DNA of 17,069 bases, from contig JAWOFX010000074.1 of NCBI GenBank assembly GCA_046497275.1, positions 1 through 17,069 of the forward strand, given 5' to 3'. Below the pieces are notes generated by a model that searched no databases, was not told the DNA's origin, and saw only the letters and a list, made by a program, of their open reading frames with translations. Origin of the DNA: Promethearchaeia archaeon (lineage in GTDB: Archaea; Asgardarchaeota; Lokiarchaeia; Sigyniarchaeales; SOKP01). Below, piece by piece: positions 7,913 through 15,813 of the stretch. The translations under genes were made by a program, and so were the position numbers. Within the stretch, counting starts at the first letter, position 1. The number at the start of each line of letters is the position of its first letter.

Positions 7913-9229
7913 ATGAACAAAAAAGCACTAATTATTTCTATAATTGCTATAATATTAGTAGCAAGTATATTTGGGGTACTTTTGGTAATGAATTGGGGAG
8001 ATCCAGATACAACTTATGATTATTTTTTTGAAACTCAAGAGGATCAAATGTTTTATTATTCATCTTTTGCAGTAGATGATGATGGTAATCTCTATATTGG
8101 GACATCTCATAAGCAGTATTGGCAAGCAGAGGGCAGGGAATGGTCAGAGAATTATTATCTCTATTCATTTTATCCTAACAATACTAAACGATGGGAATTT
8201 CCAACAAGTAATTCTGAAGTTGTTAAAGGGGGTCCCGCAGTCCATCCCGATGGACTAATTATTTTTGTTACAGAAGCAATGAGTTCGAGTGGTTCACAAC
8301 CAAATGCAATATATAATAAATTATATGCATTAAATACAGATGGGACACTTAACTGGTCATCGATTCCTTTAGAACCTTCATCTGGAGATATTGATGATGG
8401 TCCATGGGGTTCAAATTGTCTAAATCCTGCTATTGATTCTAATGGACATATTTACATTCAGAGCCAAGATAATATCACTTCATTTTACAAAAACGGCACA
8501 ATTAGGTGGTATAATGATTCTTTGACAACTCCATTTAAGTCTTCCGGATCTCCATCCATTTACAATGATACTGTTTACTTTCCATCCGGGGGAAATAGTA
8601 AAATCTCTATCTCTGCCTTTTATACAAATGGAACTTACAAATGGCATTATGAAATTAACTATGATGACAATAGATTTAATATGATCTCTATTGATGATAG
8701 CGGATTATTATATGCTGGAACAGATGCCAATACCTTCCATATTATTAATCCCGATGGGACACAAAATAAAACATATCCAATACCAACCTCAAATGCGAAA
8801 GTGAGAGGAGATATTGCGATAGATTCCGATGGAATAATTTTTCTTGGAACTAAAAACGATCAAAATTCGGAATTCTATGCTCTGAATACGAGTGGGACAG
8901 AAGTATCGGTTAAATGGAAATATAATAGCCCTTTAAGAGATGTGTATTCTTCACCAACTATTGCAGATGATGGTTCTATATTTTTTGCTACTGAAGACCG
9001 TAAAGTTTTTCGTGTAAATAAGCAAAATGGCGACTTAATCAAAATTTATGAAGTAGAAAGAGATATAACTTGGTGTTCTTGTACATTCGATGATGACAGT
9101 ACACTTTATATCGGTGATATGGGAGGATACCTATATGCAATTGAGTTGAGTAATGTTGGATTGGCAGATACACCTTGGTCTTGCTTAGGCGCTAGCTTTA
9201 AAAGAACTCGATGCCAGAGGGCACAATAA
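7913..9229 (+). CDS. Membrane-anchored or secreted PQQ-like (BamB-type) beta-propeller repeat protein
   Basis: N-terminal basic plus hydrophobic segment MNKKALIISIIAIILVASIFGVLLV. Repeated blades of the form PAID-x-DG-x-(I/L)Y ... YALN-x-DGT-x-(K/N)W. The C-terminal TPWSCLGASFKRT segment is typical of such repeats. Confidence 0.85.
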   Translation: MNKKALIISIIAIILVASIFGVLLVMNWGDPDTTYDYFFETQEDQMFYYSSFAVDDDGNLYIGTSHKQYWQAEGREWSENYYLYSFYPNNTKRWEFPTSNSEVVKGGPAVHPDGLIIFVTEAMSSSGSQPNAIYNKLYALNTDGTLNWSSIPLEPSSGDIDDGPWGSNCLNPAIDSNGHIYIQSQDNITSFYKNGTIRWYNDSLTTPFKSSGSPSIYNDTVYFPSGGNSKISISAFYTNGTYKWHYEINYDDNRFNMISIDDSGLLYAGTDANTFHIINPDGTQNKTYPIPTSNAKVRGDIAIDSDGIIFLGTKNDQNSEFYALNTSGTEVSVKWKYNSPLRDVYSSPTIADDGSIFFATEDRKVFRVNKQNGDLIKIYEVERDITWCSCTFDDDSTLYIGDMGGYLYAIELSNVGLADTPWSCLGASFKRTRCQRAQ

Positions 9230-9423
9230 CTAAATTCAAATATCTATAATTTACTTTTTTTATTTTATTTTTTATAAAATTCCAAGGAAAAATAACAGAT
9301 TTCATGTAAGTAATAACGTTGGATATTTCGTAATATATAAAGTATTTTTAGTCTCAAGTACAAATAATGTTTACAAATAATTTTAGTTAGTATAAAAAAA
9401 TATAAAATAGAAATGTATGAGAC

Positions 9424-9430
9424 AAGGTGA
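9424..9430 (+). promoter_or_regulatory. Shine-Dalgarno site (AAGGTGA) for the acyl-CoA dehydrogenase relic
   Basis: AAGGTGA lies 5 nt upstream of ATG 9436 and matches the archaeal GGTGA consensus. Confidence 0.6.
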
Positions 9431-9435
9431 ATAGA

Positions 9436-9618
9436 ATGGAAGGACAAATCAATTTTGAAGATTTGGATTTGGAATTTGGATTTTCATGCATGCCCGAACG
9501 ATTGCACTATTTTAATAAAGAGGAAAATGAGTTTCGAATGGAAGTTCGTAAATGGTGCAAGGAAAATGTGGCGCCGGTTCTGGAAAGGATCCATAAGGCC
9601 ACAAACCGTGCGGGATGA
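9436..9618 (+). pseudogene. Acyl-CoA dehydrogenase N-terminal fragment
   Basis: YFNKEENEFRMEVRKWCKENVAPVLERI matches the first helix of acyl-CoA dehydrogenases. The frame ends at TGA 9616-9618 after about 60 codons. Confidence 0.75.
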
Positions 9619-9805
9619 TGACACTATTAGAACAATAATCATTACTGGAACGGGCAAAGCATTCTCGGCAAGGGAAGATAAAAAAAAATTTAAAGAAAGT
9701 ATTGAAAATGGGATCCCAGGACAATTTATGGACGATTTAACAAAAGATCTTTATAAAATAGCAGAGAGATTGGAGCAATATGCTGAAAATGCGAAAAATA
9801 AATAA
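9608..9805 (+). pseudogene. Internal enoyl-CoA hydratase (crotonase) fragment
   Basis: In the +1 frame relative to the ACAD fragment: RDDDTIRTIIITGTGKAFSAREDKKKF, matching the crotonase D-x-x-(V/I)R-x-IIITG-x-GKAFSAG-x-D motif with AGG (Arg) at the Gly position. It ends before the KPVIAAVNG segment. Confidence 0.8.
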
Positions 9806-9896
9806 ATTGAAAACAATTTTAGAAGACTAAAAACTTAAATTCGTTTTTTCATCTATTAGAGATATCGCTTACAGATTTATCGTTGTCTTTATACAT

Positions 9897-11333
9897 TCAA
9901 TATTTATCTTTATTATGCAAATTTGAGAAAAGGAATTTAAATAAGCCTTTAATTATCGCAAAATTTAATAGCCTGATAAGATGGTACCTAAAGCCTCGTA
10001 AAAATATTAATTGCAGTATTCGTGTAAATGGCTTTTTAGAGAACAGGGTTTCTTTATAAGCTTTTGATAAATAATATTTAAGATCAGTGGGAGTTAAAAA
10101 AGGATATTTAATTACTGGTTCAGCCCAATTGTATTTACGGAAATCATTGGTCAATAAGAGATTTTTTTCTAATACTTCATCCATAAGGGCTGTGCCTGGA
10201 AAAGGAGTTAACAAAGAAAAAGTCGGAAGGTCAATATTTAATGATTTAGTGATATTGATCTGACTTTCGAGGTCTTGTTTTTTTTCTTTAAGATCAGCGC
10301 CAATTATTATATTCCCTTGGATAATATATCCAAGATCATGGAGGATTTGTAGAGCTAATTGAATTTGCTTAAATTTTATCTGCTTATTGAGCATTTTTAG
10401 GGCGCGATCCGAAAAACTTTCCAACCCGAGGAAAAGAAAGATAAACCCAGCATCTGCCATTTTTTTGAAAAGTTCTGGATGTTTTACAATCATATCTACT
10501 CTTGCTTGTGCCATAAAATATTTATTAATTTTATTTTCTATTATTTCATCGCATAATTGATTTATAAATTTTCTATTAACTGTGAAATTATCATCAACAA
10601 TGTAAATTAATCCTGCATGATTCTTGATATTTGGAGTTTTTAATTCTTTAATAATACTTTCAACTGACCTAGTTCTATAAGATCGTCTATAAAAATTATG
10701 AATACAGCAAAATTTACAAGAATACGGGCATCCACGACTTGTTTCAATATAATCTATAGGAAAGCCAAGATAAGCATATTCTATTTTCATCTCATCTCTA
10801 TAGGATCGGTATGGAAGCCTAGATCCACTCATACTGATAAATTCACGATCTTTATTATGAATTTGTACGCCATTTATTTTATATGAAAGTCCCAATACAT
10901 CTATTGTTCCTCCATTTTCAAGCAGTTCTCTAAAGGTTAGTTCTCCTTCTCCACGAACAATAATATCAATAGATTCATAATTTAATGTTTCTGAGGGAGC
11001 TAATGTAGGATGCCATCCTCCTATTACTGTTTTAAAACCAAATTTTCTGCACAACTTTGTTATTTCGAGAATACGTTCGATTTGAAATGTATAATTAAAA
11101 CTTATTCCCACGTAATCTGGATTGAACTCAATTAAAGTTCTTCTAATCGTGTCCAAGTTTACATTTTTCAAGCGTTTATCAAGGATTATAATATCCGCAA
11201 TATCTATAATATATGATGCGATATATTCTAAGCCTAATGGGGGAAAAATGATATTAGCTTGCGGACCATAACTTTTAAATTCTGGATAATCTGGCATTAT
11301 TAACAACACACGTTTAATTGTAAGCGCCCCCAA
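9897..11333 (-). CDS. B12-binding-domain radical SAM protein
   Basis: 478 aa with a TTG start. N-terminal cobalamin-binding-like domain (PPLGLEYIASY, GGWHPT, IIVRGEGE), radical SAM motif SRGCPYSCKFC, then VDDNF, GLES, TPFPGT and an amphipathic basic C-terminus. Confidence 0.93.
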   Translation of the reverse strand: MGALTIKRVLLIMPDYPEFKSYGPQANIIFPPLGLEYIASYIIDIADIIILDKRLKNVNLDTIRRTLIEFNPDYVGISFNYTFQIERILEITKLCRKFGFKTVIGGWHPTLAPSETLNYESIDIIVRGEGELTFRELLENGGTIDVLGLSYKINGVQIHNKDREFISMSGSRLPYRSYRDEMKIEYAYLGFPIDYIETSRGCPYSCKFCCIHNFYRRSYRTRSVESIIKELKTPNIKNHAGLIYIVDDNFTVNRKFINQLCDEIIENKINKYFMAQARVDMIVKHPELFKKMADAGFIFLFLGLESFSDRALKMLNKQIKFKQIQLALQILHDLGYIIQGNIIIGADLKEKKQDLESQINITKSLNIDLPTFSLLTPFPGTALMDEVLEKNLLLTNDFRKYNWAEPVIKYPFLTPTDLKYYLSKAYKETLFSKKPFTRILQLIFLRGFRYHLIRLLNFAIIKGLFKFLFSNLHNKDKY

Positions 11334-11525
11334 AATATAATAAAAAAAAATCTAATATTCTAAAGTGCAATTTTAGATAAAATTTTAGTTTTTTTATTAA
11401 AAAAGCATAATTAAGTTTACATTTAATTTTGGATAAGATTTTAATACGTAAATTTATTGATAGTATATTGATTCAATTAAAAATAAAATCCTTTTATTAA
11501 ATCTATAAAAAGTAAGAGGATAATT

Positions 11526-12095
11526 ATGTATTGTCCTGTATGTGGAGAGAAAATCGAATTTCCAGACGCCAGTTTTTGTCCCAGTTGTGGTAGTGAAATT
11601 CATATAACTTCTGGAGTTTCAAAATCGATACCACAAGAAGATGAAAATGGAGAAATAAAGCCAGAAAACCAATCCATTAATGTGGAACTACCTCAAGTCG
11701 AAGAAACTGAACTTAAGAAGCAAGAAGGGACAGGACCATATTCTGCGAAGACTCTTGCATTCGCACTCGTATCTTGCGGAATTGGGGGTGTTACTTTAGG
11801 AGTGGGAGGATTTATCAATTTTATCAGATATATCATATCATCATCAGGTGTTCCTCCTCCTGGTAGTTTTCCAATAATAAATCCACTTCTTTTAATCACT
11901 ATACTGATTGTGGCTCGAATTGCCGGTTTGACTTTTGGAATAGCAGCAAAAACGAATGGAAATAAGGCTATCGAATATGAACCAGAAAACGGTGTTCAAC
12001 AAGTCGGAAATATTTTTTCATATATTGGGATCATAATTAATTCAATATTCTTAGTAGTCTCAGGATTCTATTTATTTACACTACTTTTCCTTTAA
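11526..12095 (+). CDS. Zinc-ribbon domain membrane protein
   Basis: N-terminal CPVC...CPSC, an acidic linker, then three hydrophobic segments. Confidence 0.85.
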   Translation: MYCPVCGEKIEFPDASFCPSCGSEIHITSGVSKSIPQEDENGEIKPENQSINVELPQVEETELKKQEGTGPYSAKTLAFALVSCGIGGVTLGVGGFINFIRYIISSSGVPPPGSFPIINPLLLITILIVARIAGLTFGIAAKTNGNKAIEYEPENGVQQVGNIFSYIGIIINSIFLVVSGFYLFTLLFL

Positions 12096-12240
12096 TTATT
12101 TTCTTAAAGATTATACCTATGCTTGTTTTTTATTTTTTAAAGGGTCTTTGTTTAAGCAATTAGCAAATCAATGTATAATTGAATTAATAATGAAGAAATC
12201 TATTTTAAATAATTTTATCCTATAACAACTTAAATAACTG

Positions 12241-12570
12241 ATGAAAGTGTCATTGACTATGGAAAAAAAATTCATAGGTATGTGTGGAGCATATTGTGGC
12301 TTTTGTGAATGGAAAGAGGAAACCAATTGCCTGGGATGCCAAACATGTAAGGGGGAGTTGTTTTGGGGAAAATGTAAGGTAGCAAAATGTTGCAATGAGA
12401 AAGATTATCTTCATTGCGGTTTTTGCCCAGATCTACCCTGTTTTGAGCTTCAACAAGCTTTTGATCACCCTGAACATGGAGATCAAGGAGAGAGACTGGC
12501 TAATCTAAAAAATTGGGCTAAGGGGGATAAAACAATTATAAAATTAGGAAAATTTCCTAAGAAAAGTTAG
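12241..12570 (+). CDS. DUF3795-like Cys-rich protein
   Basis: Pattern CG-x-YCGFC...C-x-GC...C-x-V-x-KCC...HCGFC-x-DLPC. The true start may be ATG 12259 (MEKKFIGMCG). Confidence 0.85.
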   Translation: MKVSLTMEKKFIGMCGAYCGFCEWKEETNCLGCQTCKGELFWGKCKVAKCCNEKDYLHCGFCPDLPCFELQQAFDHPEHGDQGERLANLKNWAKGDKTIIKLGKFPKKS

Positions 12571-12752
12571 ATTGAGTATACTCAAGTTCTTAAATTTGAT
12601 AAGAGAATAGCACAAATTACTCCTAAGCAACTGCCAGCAGGAGTCACCAATCCTAGAATTGTTAATTAGTTTTTATTAATTTTTTCTTTAGAGTAAACAA
12701 ATAGATTTTTCTTTTAAAACTGAGTTCTTGAATAAAAATAGGGTAAATTAGT

Positions 12753-13754
12753 TTAAGTACCTTCTTGTGTTTCTTCAGGGATGGCACATGAAGCTGGATC
12801 CTGTTTTAATCTTTTTGAAATCGCATTTACAGGACAGATTTCCAAACAATTCTGACATGCTTTACAATGTTCTTTATCTATTCCTGCCATGTGATACTTT
12901 CCATCATCACCTTTTTTTCTCAGTATGGCAAAATCAGGACAAATAAACCAACATTGAGCACAATCAGTACAAGTTTCTTCATCCCAAATCATTTCATATT
13001 CTCCCCATGACCCTGTATTTACTTGATCACTCCCAACTTCAATTACTTCCTCATCGCAATACCATACACCAGCTTTATCGACTTCTTTATATCCAGGTAA
13101 TCCCAATTCTACTTGTTGCCAATCTATTTTGGTATCAACAGAAAAGTCAATATTTTTATTAATTTCATAAACACATGTTTCTTCAATAGCTTGCTTTATT
13201 GCTGCAATATTTTTAGCTGCGATCTCATCTTTAAAGCGACGCATAACTGCATCTGATAATTCTTCAAATGAAAATAGATGTGAAACCCTTACTAATGCAC
13301 CTAAGATTATAGTATTTGTAATATTTCGCCCTAAAACCTCCAAAGCAATTCGAGTAGCATCGATCGTAGCTACATTAATATCTGTTCTTTCTACGATATC
13401 TTGTATTTCTTTCTGATTCATTGTAGTATTAACAATTAACCATCCTCCTTCGGGTACTCCCGCCGTTACCTCGACCTCTGTGAGAAGAGAAGGATCTAAT
13501 ACAGAAACAAAATGAGGGGCATACACTTGTTCATTGGATCTAATTAAATCATCATTTAAACTAAGGCGAACATAGCTTTCAGTTGGGCTACCCATACGTT
13601 CTGCCCCAAATCGTGGTTGACAAATTCCATATCCATAAAACGCCTCAACACATAAATTTGATGCTGTCACTCCACCTTGGCCCCCTCTTGCATGAAATCG
13701 AAGATTAACACAATTTTCCTTTAATAGCTCTTTCATTTCCTCAGATGAATACAT
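12753..13754 (-). CDS. porC: 2-oxoacid:ferredoxin oxidoreductase gamma-delta fusion subunit
   Basis: 333 aa. The gamma domain has RFHARGGQGGVTA, FGAERMGSP, IDATRIALEVLGRNITNTIILGA and KNIAAI. It is followed by the delta domain NTGSW with two ferredoxin motifs, CTDCAQCWFICP and CKACQNCLEICP. Confidence 0.95.
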   Translation of the reverse strand: MYSSEEMKELLKENCVNLRFHARGGQGGVTASNLCVEAFYGYGICQPRFGAERMGSPTESYVRLSLNDDLIRSNEQVYAPHFVSVLDPSLLTEVEVTAGVPEGGWLIVNTTMNQKEIQDIVERTDINVATIDATRIALEVLGRNITNTIILGALVRVSHLFSFEELSDAVMRRFKDEIAAKNIAAIKQAIEETCVYEINKNIDFSVDTKIDWQQVELGLPGYKEVDKAGVWYCDEEVIEVGSDQVNTGSWGEYEMIWDEETCTDCAQCWFICPDFAILRKKGDDGKYHMAGIDKEHCKACQNCLEICPVNAISKRLKQDPASCAIPEETQEGT

Positions 13755-13921
13755 AATAGCTCAATTCATATTATAATTTGAATCAGTTCTTTATTGTAAT
13801 ATTTTGAGAAATTTAAAATTTGTATATATTTTTCATTAATATGATATGATTTAAAATTCAGATAAATAAAGAGAATTTTAATTAAAAACATTGGAATTGT
13901 TTTACTTATTTTTAACTTTAT

Positions 13922-14428
13922 TTATTCATTTTTCCCATTATCTACTGCTTTTATATAATCTGGTTTGAATGTAGTTCTAAGCATATTAGAATTCCCAGAA
14001 GAGATTGATTTTCCGTTCATATCATATATCTCTGCCACTGCGTGAATGATATTACGTCCTTCTCTCTTTATTTTTGCGATTACTTTGACTTTCTCCCCAA
14101 CTTTAACTTTTCCCAAATAATCAATGTGAAAATCAATAGTGATTGGAAAACCTTCATACCCTAATGTTGCAGTGGTCATTCCAATTGTATCATCCATCAT
14201 TCCGCATTGCATACCTCCATGTAATAATCCTGTGGGATTTGCCATCTCAGGTCTCACTTCAAACTCAATCTCGATTAAACCTCGTTTAGCTTGAATCAAC
14301 TCCCCATTTAACCATTTGGAAAAAGGGGGGATTCCTGGAAAAGATCCAATGCTTTTTCCCTTGGCAGCGTTAAATAATTTAATTACTCTTTCTGACCTTT
14401 CTTGTATCTCTTTTTCTTTTGATGACAT
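13922..14428 (-). CDS. PaaI/hotdog-fold acyl-CoA thioesterase
   Basis: Contains NPTGLLHGGMQCGMMDDTIG (HGG motif plus catalytic Asp) and TIDFHIDYL. Confidence 0.93.
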   Translation of the reverse strand: MSSKEKEIQERSERVIKLFNAAKGKSIGSFPGIPPFSKWLNGELIQAKRGLIEIEFEVRPEMANPTGLLHGGMQCGMMDDTIGMTTATLGYEGFPITIDFHIDYLGKVKVGEKVKVIAKIKREGRNIIHAVAEIYDMNGKSISSGNSNMLRTTFKPDYIKAVDNGKNE

Positions 14429-14534
14429 TATATATATTCCCTCAATAAGATTTGATTTGGATAAAACAGATTCGATTATGAATGATTTCTTTATATTTTA
14501 TAAAAACTCCAAATTCATTAAATTTATTTTTTAA

Positions 14535-14660
14535 ACGGATCTATTAGAAAATGCAATTTTGTTAGGATCAGGAATTATTGGTTATGGAATAGCTCAAGTC
14601 GGTTTAATGGCGGGATATAATGGAATTTTACCAATTAATGTCGATTATAACTTTTCTTAA
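14535..14660 (+). pseudogene. 3-hydroxyacyl-CoA dehydrogenase N-terminal (Rossmann) relic
   Basis: Not in the ORF track. The frame ACG GAT CTA...TAA reads (T/M)DLLENAILLGSGIIGYGIAQVGLMAGYNGILPINVDYNFS*. GSGIIGYGIAQVGLMAGYN matches the GxGxxGxGIAQ...AGY start of the family. There is no ATG; ACG occupies the expected start position. Confidence 0.75.
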
Positions 14661-15813
14661 GGATATTAATCACATCATCCTTTTCTGGTACAATTGCGTG
14701 ATTCTTATAGTCAGGAAGTTTAAAAGTATCAATACATATTTCTTTAAGGGTATTTTCTTTCACATTTTTGTCTTTAAAGCTCATCCACATGCCGATTTCT
14801 TTTAAGAATTTATCCATTTCATCACATGCTTTTTCTGCTGCCATCATATCTGATTCATCCTTCAAGATAGGATTGAACAATCTCCCTACAGTTGCATACT
14901 TCTTAACTTTATGTTTCCAAGTCCACCTATTTATTTCAGGATATACGAGTGCCAATGCTTCACCATGAGCGATGTGAGAAACGTTTCCACCTATAGCCAT
15001 TCCTATTCCATGTGGTAAGGTTACACCAGCGTTAGAAATGGAAAGACCCCCCAGAGTATTCGCCCAATGAAGAGCTTCCCTTGCATCTCTATTTTGTCCG
15101 TCCTTCATTGCTACTGGTAAGTATTTAATAATAAGTCTCATGCTCTCTAAAGCATGGATATCTACATAATCAAAAGCACTAGTTTGAGATGTATAACTTT
15201 CAAATGAGTGACAAAAAGCATCCCAACCAGTTGTAGCAGTAACATGAGCGGGCATCGTTAGAGTTACCTCAGGATCAATTATAGCAATATTAGGACAAAG
15301 TAATGTATCTGCTAGCGCATATTTCAAATGTATGACAGGATTGGTAATAACAGAAACAGGAGTTACCTCAGTTCCCGTTCCTGCAGTAGTGGTCACTGCT
15401 ATAATTGGAAGTAATTTATCTTCAATCGGTTTTCCATCTATCACACGATAAGCCCATGCGTCACCCTCATGAGTTACTCCTACTGAAATCGCTTTTGCTA
15501 CATCTATAGAAGACCCTCCTCCCACACCTAAAATCACATTAGCATCATGCTTCTTAGCCACTTCTGTGCCAGCGTTTACCATATCTGTTGTTGGATTAGA
15601 TGAAACCCCATTATAACGTTTAACATCGATTCCAGCTTCTTTACACAAGCTGGTAATCGACTCTCTAAGCTGCTCTAAACTTTTGCCTGAACCTGTGACC
15701 AAACAACATTTTTTTCCATATTGGGCTACAATTTCTCCTATTTCTTTTACCCTACCCCATCCAAATCGAATATCAGTAGGGTTATAATAATTAAAACTAT
15801 TCAATTCTTCCAC
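14635..15813 (-). CDS. Iron-containing alcohol dehydrogenase
   Basis: GTG start. Contains FNYYNPTDIRFGWG, GGGSSIDVAK, TTAGTGTE, and metal ligands in DAFCHSFE, LPHGIG and AHGEA. Confidence 0.95.
   Translation of the reverse strand: MEELNSFNYYNPTDIRFGWGRVKEIGEIVAQYGKKCCLVTGSGKSLEQLRESITSLCKEAGIDVKRYNGVSSNPTTDMVNAGTEVAKKHDANVILGVGGGSSIDVAKAISVGVTHEGDAWAYRVIDGKPIEDKLLPIIAVTTTAGTGTEVTPVSVITNPVIHLKYALADTLLCPNIAIIDPEVTLTMPAHVTATTGWDAFCHSFESYTSQTSAFDYVDIHALESMRLIIKYLPVAMKDGQNRDAREALHWANTLGGLSISNAGVTLPHGIGMAIGGNVSHIAHGEALALVYPEINRWTWKHKVKKYATVGRLFNPILKDESDMMAAEKACDEMDKFLKEIGMWMSFKDKNVKENTLKEICIDTFKLPDYKNHAIVPEKDDVINILKKSYNRH

Noticed and set aside
9455-9805. 116-aa ORF treated as one real protein
   Set aside because: Its first ~50 codons are the off-frame reading of the ACAD fragment. 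Only the part from about 9608 is crotonase-like.
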